From positions 1 through 39,752 of the forward strand of contig JAGDVT010000004.1 in the NCBI GenBank assembly GCA_023255765.1: a stretch of DNA of 39,752 nt. The letters are read 5' to 3'. The stretch comes from Candidatus Paceibacter sp. Lineage in GTDB: Bacteria; Patescibacteriota; Minisyncoccia; UBA6257; HR35. The notes below the pieces were generated by a model. The model searched no databases and was not told the origin of the DNA. It saw only the letters and a list, made by a program, of their open reading frames with translations. Position numbers and translations under genes: made by a program. Positions 12,865-22,130 of this stretch are shown here, in pieces; within the stretch, counting starts at the first letter, position 1; every line of letters begins with the position of its first letter.

Positions 12865-12908
12865 ATTTAATAGTATTAACTAAATTCGACCTTTTTATTT
12901 TAAATTTT

Positions 12909-12914
12909 ATTATA
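12909..12914 (-). promoter_or_regulatory. Candidate -10 box (TATAAT, preceded by TG) for pilA
   Basis: Reverse complement of 12909-12916 reads TGTATAAT, in the 89-nt pilC-pilA spacer. Confidence 0.4.
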
Positions 12915-12945
12915 CAACTATTTTAATAAAAAAATAAAAAAAATT

Positions 12946-12954
12946 GTGGATAAC
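12946..12954 (-). promoter_or_regulatory. DnaA-box-like 9-mer TTATCCACA upstream of the pilA promoter
   Basis: Reverse complement of TGTGGATAA at 12946-12954 is a perfect match to the E. coli-type DnaA box consensus TTATCCACA. A sister copy, ATATCCACA, lies at 2393-2401 upstream of hup. Confidence 0.3.
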
Positions 12955-14162
12955 TAATATGTGCTTAAAGATTTTGCAAGTTGCGTAATAGGAATTATCA
13001 ATGACGCCTCAACAAATATTAAACCTATTGCTAAAATTACAACTAAAATAGGTTGAATTGCTTCATTTAATGCATTTGTTTTATTTTCTAAATCTGCTGT
13101 ATAATATTCAGAAATAGTAATTAAGGAATTGTACAAATTTCCGGTTTTTTCACCTGTTGCAAATGCTTGACGTACTAATCCAGGAAATAGATCAGGAAAA
13201 TTAGAAATTGAAAGATCTATGGGTTTTCCTTTTTCTGTTTCCTCAGCTATAAACATTATAGCAGATCTATAATAAGGATTAGATGTGCTTTCTCCAACTA
13301 TTTTTAATGCTTCTGCTATGGGCAATCCTCCTTTTATAAGATAAGAGAAAGATTCTAAAAAATTTAATATTTGAATTTCTTTTAACAATGGACCAAAAAA
13401 TGGTAAATTTCCTAAAAAATTATATAGCAATAACTTTCCTTCTTCTGTTCTAAAATATTCAAATAAAGCATAGATTAAAAAAATCAAAAATAGCAGCAGA
13501 TATATACCATTATTGATTAAAAATTGAGAAATATCAACGAAATATTGTGTAATAAGAGGTAGTGTTAGGTTATTTTCTTTAAATAAATTTGCGATTTTAG
13601 GAATTACATTAAAGAATAAAACAAAAATAGTAACAAAGAAAATCAAAATAACAATTATTGGATAATACATCGATTGAATAAGTTTTGTCCTTAATTTATG
13701 CTGATTTTCAAAATGTTTTGCTAAACTTTCTAAGATTTCTTCTAAATTTCCAGATATTTCTCCTATCCTTATCATCCTTGTCATAGATTTATCAAATACA
13801 TCAGGATATTTCTCTAAAGCCTGAGATAAAGGTAAGCCAGAAATTATATTATTATAAACATCTTCTAAAACTCTTTTAAAATTTAATTTGCTTGTTTGAT
13901 TTGCTAATGATTTTACTGCTTCATCTAAGGAGGTTCCAGATTTAAGAAGATAATTTAATGCTCTACAAAAGAATGCTAAATCTAGCAATGATACTTTACC
14001 CCATGTTATTAATGGCTTTATTTCACTTAATTCTTTTATATAAGTTACAACCAAATTTTGATTATGCAATAATTTTATGGCTGATTCTCTATCAACTGCG
14101 GTAATAGTTCCTGTTTTAAAATTACCTTCTTTATCGTATCCTCTAAATTCAAATTTTTTCAT
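12954..14162 (-). CDS. pilC: Type IV pilus platform protein PilC (GspF family)
   Basis: 402 aa with a duplicated GspF-type domain, three TM segments, and the typical MIRIGEISGNLEE / ATGEKTGNL motifs. Confidence 0.9.
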   Translation of the reverse strand: MKKFEFRGYDKEGNFKTGTITAVDRESAIKLLHNQNLVVTYIKELSEIKPLITWGKVSLLDLAFFCRALNYLLKSGTSLDEAVKSLANQTSKLNFKRVLEDVYNNIISGLPLSQALEKYPDVFDKSMTRMIRIGEISGNLEEILESLAKHFENQHKLRTKLIQSMYYPIIVILIFFVTIFVLFFNVIPKIANLFKENNLTLPLITQYFVDISQFLINNGIYLLLFLIFLIYALFEYFRTEEGKLLLYNFLGNLPFFGPLLKEIQILNFLESFSYLIKGGLPIAEALKIVGESTSNPYYRSAIMFIAEETEKGKPIDLSISNFPDLFPGLVRQAFATGEKTGNLYNSLITISEYYTADLENKTNALNEAIQPILVVILAIGLIFVEASLIIPITQLAKSLSTY

Positions 14163-15217
14163 GTTAATAAATTCTTTAATCTATCTACATTAATAGCAAA
14201 ATGCAATGCAGTTTCTAATGTTATTTCTTGCAAATTTACTAATGTTGCCAAAGCTCTTTCTAAGGTAATCATTCCTTGTTCTAGACTTGTCTCTATTACT
14301 AAATCTATTTGATATATTTTATTTTCTCTAATTAAATTTCTTACTGCAGCATTGGCAATCAAAACTTCGCAAGCAGGTATTCTACCTCCTTTTATTCTTG
14401 GTACTAATCTTTGAGAAATTATACCTATTAAAGTTGAGGCAAGTTGAAATCTTGCTTGGTTTTTTTGGCCTTCTGGTAGAACATCTAATATTCTATCTAT
14501 TGTTTGTGATGCAGAATTGGTATGCAATGTACCCAAAACTAAATGCCCTGTTTCTGCAGCAGTTAATGCTATTTGAATAGATTCTGCATCTCTTAATTCT
14601 CCTATCATAATAACATCAGGATCTTCTCTTAACGCTGATCTTAATGCTCTATGCCAATTAGGTGAATCTTTAGGTATTTCTCTTTGGGAAATTAAAGATA
14701 AATCAGGAGTAAAAATATATTCAATTGGCTCTTCTATGGTAATTATATGAGCAGCTCTTGTATGATTTATCTCATCAATCAACGCTGCTAATGTTGTAGA
14801 TTTGCCCATTCCTGCAGGTCCAGTAACTAATATTAATCCCTGTCTTTTTTTTACAAATTCCCTTAGAACAGGTGGCAAATTTAATTCTTCTACATTTTTT
14901 ATCTCAGGAGGAATTATTCTAAAAGCACCTGCTAAGCCATTATTTTGATAATAAATATTAGCTCTAAGTCTTATCTTTTCATCAACATCAAAAGAAAAAT
15001 CAATATCCTTATATTTACTTAAATATTTAATTTGCTCTTCAGATAATAAAGATAAAAGCATTTTTTCTGTTTCTTTTGATGATAGTACGCCTTCTTCTGA
15101 TAAATTAGTAAGCTCACCATCTATTCTTAATGTTGGAAATCTTGCTGGGACTATATGAACATCAGATGCATTTCTTTGTACAGCTGTATAAAATATTCTT
15201 TTTAACTTTTCTTCCAT
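14159..15217 (-). CDS. pilT: Type IV pilus retraction ATPase PilT
   Basis: 352 aa. Contains Walker A GPAGMGKSTT, ITIEEPIEY, LREDPDVIMIGELRD and TGHLVLGTLHTN. It lacks an N-terminal GspE_N domain, as expected for PilT. Confidence 0.9.
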   Translation of the reverse strand: MEEKLKRIFYTAVQRNASDVHIVPARFPTLRIDGELTNLSEEGVLSSKETEKMLLSLLSEEQIKYLSKYKDIDFSFDVDEKIRLRANIYYQNNGLAGAFRIIPPEIKNVEELNLPPVLREFVKKRQGLILVTGPAGMGKSTTLAALIDEINHTRAAHIITIEEPIEYIFTPDLSLISQREIPKDSPNWHRALRSALREDPDVIMIGELRDAESIQIALTAAETGHLVLGTLHTNSASQTIDRILDVLPEGQKNQARFQLASTLIGIISQRLVPRIKGGRIPACEVLIANAAVRNLIRENKIYQIDLVIETSLEQGMITLERALATLVNLQEITLETALHFAINVDRLKNLLT

Positions 15218-15232
15218 TTAATATATTATAAA

Positions 15233-16954
15233 TTAAGTTACTTTAATTGCTTCTTCTAATGTTATATAACCAAGCAATGCTTTAATAACTCCATCTTGTC
15301 TTAAACTTACAAATTTTTGACTTATTAATAATTTTTCTAACTCAATTTCTGTTTTACCCTCATATATTGCATTTTCTAAATCTTCTGTTAATAATATTAC
15401 CTCATAAATCCCTGTTCTTCCTGTAAATCCTTTGTTATTGCATTTATTACATCCTACTGGGTGATAGATTTTAACTCCTTTTAAATTTATTTTGTAATTA
15501 TTTAAAATTTCTTTATCCAAATTCCTAAGACTATCTTCAATTATATACAGTAAATCTTGAGAAGGTTCTACCTCTTTTTTACAATTATCACATAATCTTT
15601 TTACTAATCTTTGAGCTATAATTAGCTTTAATGTTGGGGCTATTAAATATTTTTCAATTCCAATATCTACCAGTCTTGTAATTGCTCCTAATGCATTATT
15701 TGTATGTAGAGTAGAAAGAACTAAATGACCTGTCAAGGAAGCATGTATTGCTAGTTCTGCAGTTTCTAAATCTCTTATTTCACCAACTAATATAATATCT
15801 GGATCTTGCCTCAATATTTCTCTTAAACCTGAAGCAAAGGTATAGTTTATTTCTGGTCTTATTTGAGATTGATTAATTCCTTCTACTCTATATTCTACTG
15901 GGTCTTCTAAGCTTATTATGTTAACATCTTCTCTATTTAATTTTTGCAAAATAGCATAAAGAGTTGTTGTTTTACCAGAGCCAGTTGGGCCAGTTATCAA
16001 AATCAACCCATAAGGAGATTTAATACCTTGATTTACTTTTTCTAAAGTATAATCTAACATACCCAGTTCTTCTAATTTTTTAAGACCTACAAGAGGATCT
16101 AATATTCTAATAGCTATTTTTTCTCCTTCAATAGTTGGTAAAATTCCTATTCTTAAATCTATTTCTCTTCCTTGGACTATAGCTCTTATTCTACCATCTT
16201 GCGGTATTCTTGTTTCATCTAGCTTTAGTTTACTTAAAACTTTTATTCTATTTACAATCTGCTCATGTAAATCTTTGGGTAAATAAGCAATTGTTTTTAG
16301 TTCACCTAAGATTCTAAATCTTATTTTTGTCTTTTTAGCCAAGGGTTCTATGTGGATATCAGATGCTTTTAGATATACAGCTTCTTCTATTAATGATTGA
16401 ACTAATTTTATAATAGGAGCTTCTTCTGAAGGTAAAATTTCAGCACCTAATTCAACAGCCTTTTCTTCTACTGCAGGTTTTTTTGTTTCTCTAATTTGAA
16501 AAAGAATATTTTTAAGATTTTCGCTAAATTCTCTATATTGAATAATTATATTGTAGAAATCCTTAATTGAAATCAAAAAAATCTTAGGTTCTAGATTTAA
16601 AGAATTTCTAATAAACTCAATTATATTATTAAAATTTTCTAATGATGGATCTACTACCCCTATATATATTTCATTTTCTCTTTTATCGAAGGCTATAATT
16701 TTATTCTTTTTAGCAAAATCTTCTGAAATTAAAGATAATATTTCTTTAGGTATTTTTTCTTCTGGATCAAATTTTTTTATTGGTAAATTATAAAATTCTT
16801 TTTTAATTTCTATAAAATCATCATCTAATTTACCTATTGTATAAAGATATTCCTCCAAATTTAATTTTAATTCTTCAGCTTCTTTTATTAAATCTTCAAT
16901 CTCTGGTATTTTATCTTTCAGTTTTTCTTTAGCAAAATTATCAAATTCTTTCAT
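15233..16954 (-). CDS. pilB: Type IV pilus assembly ATPase PilB (GspE family)
   Basis: 573 aa. Has an N-terminal GspII_E-like domain, Walker A GPTGSGKTTT, LRQDPDIILVGEIRD, and a tetracysteine motif CDNC...CNKC. Confidence 0.9.
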   Translation of the reverse strand: MKEFDNFAKEKLKDKIPEIEDLIKEAEELKLNLEEYLYTIGKLDDDFIEIKKEFYNLPIKKFDPEEKIPKEILSLISEDFAKKNKIIAFDKRENEIYIGVVDPSLENFNNIIEFIRNSLNLEPKIFLISIKDFYNIIIQYREFSENLKNILFQIRETKKPAVEEKAVELGAEILPSEEAPIIKLVQSLIEEAVYLKASDIHIEPLAKKTKIRFRILGELKTIAYLPKDLHEQIVNRIKVLSKLKLDETRIPQDGRIRAIVQGREIDLRIGILPTIEGEKIAIRILDPLVGLKKLEELGMLDYTLEKVNQGIKSPYGLILITGPTGSGKTTTLYAILQKLNREDVNIISLEDPVEYRVEGINQSQIRPEINYTFASGLREILRQDPDIILVGEIRDLETAELAIHASLTGHLVLSTLHTNNALGAITRLVDIGIEKYLIAPTLKLIIAQRLVKRLCDNCKKEVEPSQDLLYIIEDSLRNLDKEILNNYKINLKGVKIYHPVGCNKCNNKGFTGRTGIYEVILLTEDLENAIYEGKTEIELEKLLISQKFVSLRQDGVIKALLGYITLEEAIKVT

Positions 16955-17235
16955 TCAAAAATATTATTTTTACCTATTTCTTCTTGCTTAATTTCTGGTA
17001 TTTCAAGTATATAAGGCTCTAATTGCAAGCTTTTAAGTTTCTCTAAAATTCCAATGTAATTTAAACTGTTAATATAATTTATTTCTTTTTCTAATTTTAT
17101 TGCTTCTTCTGGAATTAAAGATTCTTTTTTAAGTATGTTAAACTCCCATAAAGCTATCCAAATTATTCCTCCTACTACAACGATAGTTATTATACTGGCT
17201 AGTATATTTACTACTTTATTTTTGCTAAAGTTCAT
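16951..17235 (-). CDS. Small single-pass membrane protein of the pil operon (function unknown)
   Basis: 94 aa with one TM helix (ILASIITIVVVGGIIWIALW). Both ends are translationally coupled by 4-nt overlaps, to the PilO-like gene upstream and pilB downstream. Confidence 0.4.
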   Translation of the reverse strand: MNFSKNKVVNILASIITIVVVGGIIWIALWEFNILKKESLIPEEAIKLEKEINYINSLNYIGILEKLKSLQLEPYILEIPEIKQEEIGKNNIFE

Positions 17236-17801
17236 TTTGCTAATTTTGCTTCTCCTAAGTAATAAGTACCGACGTTTGCATTTAATAATATATTTTCCTC
17301 TGCCTTTGTTAAATTAAGGCTATTAAATTCAAAAAATCTTGTATGGTTTTCGAAATTTTTAATTAAGTTAAACAAATTATCATAATTACCTGTTATTTTG
17401 AAGCTAAAGTTCTCTTTAACTAATTCTAAGCTATCTAACTGGGGGTGTTTTATTTTACTTTCTTCAAATTGATATATATTAATATCATTAAAGCCTGAGT
17501 TCCTAAATATACTATTTATAATTAAAGTTAGCTCATAATCATTGAATTTTTTAGGTAATAGTATATCAAATTGACCACTTTTTTCTAATTCAGCAATAGA
17601 AGAAATTTCTGTAGATTTTTCATTTCTAAACTTATCAAAAAGTTTCCCTATGGTTTCAACTTTTTTTAATTTATTAAATACTTCGTTCTTTTTTTGAACA
17701 ACATTTAAATAATTTTTATACGCAGGCAACAAACTATTCAAAAATTGTTGTATATTTACAAAAATTAAAATAATTATTAATAAATTAACTAAAAGCCTCA
17801 T
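17232..17801 (-). CDS. PilO-like pilus alignment subcomplex protein
   Basis: 189 aa with an N-terminal TM, a coiled-coil segment and a C-terminal globular part. It sits immediately after the PilN-like gene. The call is based on position and architecture only. Confidence 0.45.
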   Translation of the reverse strand: MRLLVNLLIIILIFVNIQQFLNSLLPAYKNYLNVVQKKNEVFNKLKKVETIGKLFDKFRNEKSTEISSIAELEKSGQFDILLPKKFNDYELTLIINSIFRNSGFNDINIYQFEESKIKHPQLDSLELVKENFSFKITGNYDNLFNLIKNFENHTRFFEFNSLNLTKAEENILLNANVGTYYLGEAKLAK

Positions 17802-18313
17802 TGTTTATAAAAAATTGGATTAATATCGAAAGCTATTTTGAAATCAACCACTCCTGTTTGTTGATTTAATGATAAATTTTCTATTTTGAAATTCGGGAAT
17901 GTATCTTTTTTATTTTCAAAATACTTTTTGATTTTAGCATATTCTAAAAAGTTGGGTACGCTAACGCTTAATTCTATTTTTGAATTTATATTATCTATAG
18001 AAATAGAATTAACTCTCAGACTTTTAGGCAGATATTTAGGTAAATTTGTTAATAATTCACTATTTTTTCTTTTGTTTGAAAAAAGATAATCTATAGCTAT
18101 AAGATGTAAAATTCCTATATAATCCTCTTCTTTTAACTTATTTGAATATTCTTGCGTTAAATTATCTATTTTTTTGTTTAGTTCATCAATTCTTCTTTCA
18201 TTTATCTTAGATAGATAATTTAATAAGTTAGTAACTATTATAATTGCAAGCAAAAAAGATAAAAGTGTTATTGTTAATTTCTTTGGTAATATATCTAAAA
18301 ATTCTTTTATCAT
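17798..18313 (-). CDS. pilN: PilN-like pilus alignment subcomplex protein
   Basis: 171 aa. The N-terminal FLDILPKK resembles the PilM-binding INLLP motif. It is followed by a TM, a coiled coil and a globular domain, and it follows pilM. Confidence 0.55.
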   Translation of the reverse strand: MIKEFLDILPKKLTITLLSFLLAIIIVTNLLNYLSKINERRIDELNKKIDNLTQEYSNKLKEEDYIGILHLIAIDYLFSNKRKNSELLTNLPKYLPKSLRVNSISIDNINSKIELSVSVPNFLEYAKIKKYFENKKDTFPNFKIENLSLNQQTGVVDFKIAFDINPIFYKQ

Positions 18314-18338
18314 TTAAAATATTATACAATAAATAAAA

Positions 18339-19388
18339 TTAATGATAAAAATATTTTAAACAAACTCCTAAGGCATTTGTCAATAATGGACCGTTTTTTA
18401 AGTTTTTTATTGATTTATCGACATTTATTATATCTAATGGATTAAAAATTAAAGAAGGTAAAGTAGGAATTTTAGGCCCTATTATCTCTAAAAATCCATC
18501 AGCTAAACTTAATCCACCTGTAAAATATATTGCTTGTACTTTTGTATTAAACTTCTCTTCTATATTATCTTTTATTTTATTAATTTCTAAAGCTAAATTA
18601 TTAATAATATCTTCTAAATTTTTTTTAACATTTTCTTCTTCAGGCATCAATTTAAATCCTTTTTTTATAAAGAAATTTTCAGCTTCTTCATCATTAACTT
18701 GCAATAAAGCTTTTAAAGACTCAATGATTGTTCTTATATTTTTTTGTAATTTTTGAGTAAAAACTACTTTATTTTCTTTTATAAATATTAAGCTACTATA
18801 ACCATACCCTAAATCAACTATTATTATGTTATCATTTAAATTAGTAAATAAATTTTCCAAACCATAAAACTCCACTTCTGCTGCTTTAAAATTAAGCCTT
18901 GCTATTTTAGAAACATTTTTTAATTTTTCTATGAAATTAACAGGAACTGCTGCAAAAAAAATAAACCACTTAGGTGTTGTTTCTATCCCCATAGGTTGTA
19001 ATAAAATGTTCCTCCAATCAATATAATAATCTTTTTCAGAAGTTGGAAGATATTTTTTATACTCATAATAAATTGCTTTTTTTAACGACGCAAGTGGAAT
19101 ATGGGGTAAGGAAAAATATGTGGATAAAACATAAACTCCTGGTATAGAAAATACTACATCTTTAGTTTTAAATTCTTTTACTGCTTCTTCTAAAATTTTG
19201 CCTAAATTTTCTTCAAAAATTTGGGATGTCTGTAATATACTTCCTATTTGACTTTCGCTTTTGAAGTTAATTATAATATAATCTAAAATCATTAAAGAAT
19301 TTTTAAATTTTTCAACTTCTACTATTTTTATGTTTTTTGTACCTAAATCAATTCCTAAAACTCTATTACCTCTAAAAAGGCTTAACAT
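18339..19388 (-). CDS. pilM: Type IV pilus assembly protein PilM (actin-like ATPase fold)
   Basis: 349 aa. Contains VLGIDLGTKNIKIVEV and IIVDLGYGYSSL, which are actin/FtsA-like phosphate motifs. It is the first gene of the pil operon. Confidence 0.8.
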   Translation of the reverse strand: MLSLFRGNRVLGIDLGTKNIKIVEVEKFKNSLMILDYIIINFKSESQIGSILQTSQIFEENLGKILEEAVKEFKTKDVVFSIPGVYVLSTYFSLPHIPLASLKKAIYYEYKKYLPTSEKDYYIDWRNILLQPMGIETTPKWFIFFAAVPVNFIEKLKNVSKIARLNFKAAEVEFYGLENLFTNLNDNIIIVDLGYGYSSLIFIKENKVVFTQKLQKNIRTIIESLKALLQVNDEEAENFFIKKGFKLMPEEENVKKNLEDIINNLALEINKIKDNIEEKFNTKVQAIYFTGGLSLADGFLEIIGPKIPTLPSLIFNPLDIINVDKSIKNLKNGPLLTNALGVCLKYFYH

Positions 19389-20070
19389 TATTAAATTATA
19401 CGAAATTTTAAAAGATTTTTTGTCTCCTTATTATTGTTTCAAATGTAAAAAATTTCTTGAATATGGATATTTATGTAATAATTGTTTAAAAGAAGTAGGT
19501 TTTAGCTTAAATATTTTTTGCCCTAAATGTAAAAGAAGAAAACCTCTAGAAGAAAATATTTCATCTATATGCTGCTCAAATTTAATAAGATCACTGATAA
19601 CTTTTTCTGATTATGAGAATGAATTTATAAAAAACCTAATAAAAATGGGTAAATTTATGGGATTTTACAAAATTTTTGAATTTTTAGGTAATTTAGCATC
19701 AAGTGAAATAAAAAAATATAAATTAGATTTTAAAAACTATATGTTAACGTATATTCCAATGTATAAAAAAGACGAAAAACAAAGAGGGTTTAATCAATCT
19801 AAAATTTTAGCAGAAACAATTTCAAAAAATTTAAATTTAAGGATTTTTGAAGGTTTAAAAAAGACTAAGCAAACTAAATTACAATCAACTTTGAATTTTG
19901 AAGAGAGATTTAAAAATATTGAGAATGCTTTTGAATGTATATGCGAAGCTCCTAAAAATATATTATTAGTTGATGATGTGATCACAACTGGAGCAACATC
20001 TTTTGAATGTGCTAAAATTTTAAAAGAAAAGGGGGCAAAGAAGATTATTTTACTTACAATTGCTAAATGA
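19330..20070 (+). CDS. comF: ComF-family competence protein (phosphoribosyltransferase domain)
   Basis: Has N-terminal Cys pairs (CFKCKK...CNNC, CPKCKRR) and the PRTase motif ILLVDDVITTGAT. The only in-frame ATG (19330) lies 59 nt inside pilM on the opposite strand. A TTG at 19420, just before the first CxxC, is an alternative start. Confidence 0.75.
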   Translation: MFFVPKSIPKTLLPLKRLNIIKLYEILKDFLSPYYCFKCKKFLEYGYLCNNCLKEVGFSLNIFCPKCKRRKPLEENISSICCSNLIRSLITFSDYENEFIKNLIKMGKFMGFYKIFEFLGNLASSEIKKYKLDFKNYMLTYIPMYKKDEKQRGFNQSKILAETISKNLNLRIFEGLKKTKQTKLQSTLNFEERFKNIENAFECICEAPKNILLVDDVITTGATSFECAKILKEKGAKKIILLTIAK

Positions 20071-20738
20071 AAAGAAAAATATTTATTAATATAGATTTAG
20101 AAAATAAAATCAAAATAGAAGATAAAAAAGTTATAAATAGGGTTAAAAATGTTTATAAATTAAAACAAGGAGATACTATTATTTTTATAAATGGTTCTTT
20201 ATATGAAGGTAAGTATGTTTTTGTCGATCCTAAAAAAATGATTTTTGAAAGATTAGAAATATATAAAAGAAATATATTACCCAAAAGAGAGATTAATTTA
20301 TTTTTAAGTTTTATAAGAAAAGATAATTTTGAGTTTATAATTGAAAAGGCAGGAGAATTAGGAGTAAAATCTATAACGCCTTTAATAACAGAAAGGTGTC
20401 AATGGAAAACAGAAATAGTATCTGAAAGATGGTTAAAAATACTTTATTCTTCATTAGAAGTTGCTGAATGGGGATTTTTACCTGAAATTAAAAATCCTGT
20501 TAAATTAGAAAATATGCCGGGAGATTCTATAATATTAGATAAGCAAGGCGAAAAAATTGATTTTAATTCTACCCCCTTGAAATTAAATATAGCTGTTGGA
20601 CCTGAAGGAGGATTTTCTGATAAAGAAATAAAAATATTAAAAAATAAAAATTGCAAATTTATAAGTTTAGGAGATGTTACATTAAAAACAGATACGGCTG
20701 TTTTAGCTGCTTTAGCATTATTAAATTTCCCATTTTAA
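20067..20738 (+). CDS. rsmE: 16S rRNA (uracil1498-N3)-methyltransferase RsmE
   Basis: 223 aa. Has a PUA-like N-domain and a SPOUT C-domain with IEKAGELGVKSITPLITERC and VGPEGGFSDKE. Confidence 0.75.
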   Translation: MKRKIFINIDLENKIKIEDKKVINRVKNVYKLKQGDTIIFINGSLYEGKYVFVDPKKMIFERLEIYKRNILPKREINLFLSFIRKDNFEFIIEKAGELGVKSITPLITERCQWKTEIVSERWLKILYSSLEVAEWGFLPEIKNPVKLENMPGDSIILDKQGEKIDFNSTPLKLNIAVGPEGGFSDKEIKILKNKNCKFISLGDVTLKTDTAVLAALALLNFPF

Positions 20739-20740
20739 AA

Positions 20741-21451
20741 ATGTTAATAATAGCAAATTGGAAAATGAATCCTTTGGATATTAAAAATGCTTTAAGATTG
20801 CTTAATTTTTATAAAAAATTAAAATACAAAGATTTATGGGTAGCTCCTCCTTATGTATATTTACCTATTCTTATAAAAAGATTTAAAAATTTTACATTCG
20901 GTGCTCAAAATATTCATTATGAAAAAAGTGGAGCTTATACTGGAGAAATATCAGCTTATATGATTAAAAAAATTGGCTGCAAATTTGTAATTATTAATCA
21001 TTCTGAAAGAAGAAAAATGGGAGAAACTTTAGAAATTGCAAATTTGAAAATAAAACAAGCATTAAAAAATAATCTTATAAGCGTAGTATGCTTTGGAGAG
21101 CAGAAAAAAATAGATGATCTAAAAAAATTAAAAAATATTTGGAATAGAGAATTCAATATTTTATTTAAGGATATTAAAAATTTCAAAAAAATAATTTTAG
21201 CTTATGAACCTTCTTGGGCTATAAGTACTCAGAAAATGGGACCTGTACCAAAAGAAATTGTAAAAGATTTTTTAGAATGGATTAAAAATAAAATAAATTC
21301 TCAAATAAAAATATTATATGGAGGCTCTGTTTTTCCTGAAAATATTGAAAATTATTTAGATTTGAATATTAATGGATTTTTAATAGGTTCGCAAAGCTTA
21401 AAACCAAAAAACTTTAAAATCATTATAAATAAGATTAAAAATGTGGTATAA
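20741..21451 (+). CDS. tpiA: Triosephosphate isomerase
   Basis: Contains MLIIANWKMN, INHSERR and LAYEPSWAIST, which carry the catalytic Asn/Lys, His and Glu. I start it at the ATG at 20741, 2 nt after the rsmE stop, rather than the track start at 20651. Confidence 0.85.
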   Translation: MLIIANWKMNPLDIKNALRLLNFYKKLKYKDLWVAPPYVYLPILIKRFKNFTFGAQNIHYEKSGAYTGEISAYMIKKIGCKFVIINHSERRKMGETLEIANLKIKQALKNNLISVVCFGEQKKIDDLKKLKNIWNREFNILFKDIKNFKKIILAYEPSWAISTQKMGPVPKEIVKDFLEWIKNKINSQIKILYGGSVFPENIENYLDLNINGFLIGSQSLKPKNFKIIINKIKNVV

Positions 21452-21460
21452 TTAAATAAA

Positions 21461-21745
21461 ATGGCAGAGAAAAAAGCATCAGGAGCAGCAAAATCAACAA
21501 GGGATTCAGAAAGTAAAAGGTTGGGAGTTAAAAGATTTGATGGTGAAATTGTAAATGCAGGTGAAGTTTTAGTAAGACAAAGAGGTACAAAATTTTTACC
21601 TGGCAAAAATGTAGCAATTGGAAATGATGATACTTTATATGCAAAAGTCTCAGGCATTGTTAAATTTAGAACAATAAGAAAAACAAATTTTGATGGCTCA
21701 AAAAAATGGAGAAAAGTTGTTGAAGTTATTCCTATACATCAATAA
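21461..21745 (+). CDS. rpmA: 50S ribosomal protein L27
   Basis: 94 aa containing [40 protein letters not shown]. Confidence 0.9.
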   Translation: MAEKKASGAAKSTRDSESKRLGVKRFDGEIVNAGEVLVRQRGTKFLPGKNVAIGNDDTLYAKVSGIVKFRTIRKTNFDGSKKWRKVVEVIPIHQ

Positions 21746-22130
21746 CAAATTCTCCTAAATACTTACTATCCACATTTTCGATCTTTGCTTGATGATAAGT
21801 AATAGCTTTTATATCTTTTTCTATGGACAAAAACTTATTGCCTTCTAATTTTGCTTTTAAAATATAATTATCTAAATCTATTTTTAATTCTTTTATCTTA
21901 AAAATCTTTTTTTCTATATAAGTTTTCGTTAAAATTTCTGATAGAAAATCTATATAAAGTAGAAGTAAGTTTTCGGATTGTATTTCTATATCTATCTCTA
22001 ATTTTTCTTTTCCTAACTTAGGGTTTAAAAAAGCATTAATAGCTTCTAAAGATTCCTCAAAAAGTTTTTCTAAGCTATCACTAATAACTTGAATTTTAAA
22101 ATCTGCTGTATGTTCTAAAAATCTAAACAT
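21732..22130 (-). CDS. Archease family protein
   Basis: 132 aa. The N-terminal [14 protein letters not shown] matches the archease signature (F-x-x-EHTAD). Size and the C-terminal [10 protein letters not shown] strand are also consistent. Confidence 0.7.
   Translation of the reverse strand: MFRFLEHTADFKIQVISDSLEKLFEESLEAINAFLNPKLGKEKLEIDIEIQSENLLLLYIDFLSEILTKTYIEKKIFKIKELKIDLDNYILKAKLEGNKFLSIEKDIKAITYHQAKIENVDSKYLGEFVIDV

Noticed and set aside
12885-12891. The AAGG in aaaaaGGTCGAA as a Shine-Dalgarno sequence
   Set aside because: It lies 20-26 nt from the start codons, far outside normal SD spacing. It was therefore reported as a leader motif of unknown role instead.
20651-20740. 30-codon N-terminal extension of tpiA (track start 20651)
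   Set aside because: The extension overlaps the rsmE 3' end and encodes non-TIM sequence. The canonical TIM N-terminus MLIIANWKMN starts at the ATG at 20741, 2 nt after the rsmE stop.
21352-21657. 101-aa minus-strand ORF spanning the tpiA end and rpmA
   Set aside because: It overlaps the unmistakable L27 coding sequence on the opposite strand, so it is a shadow ORF.
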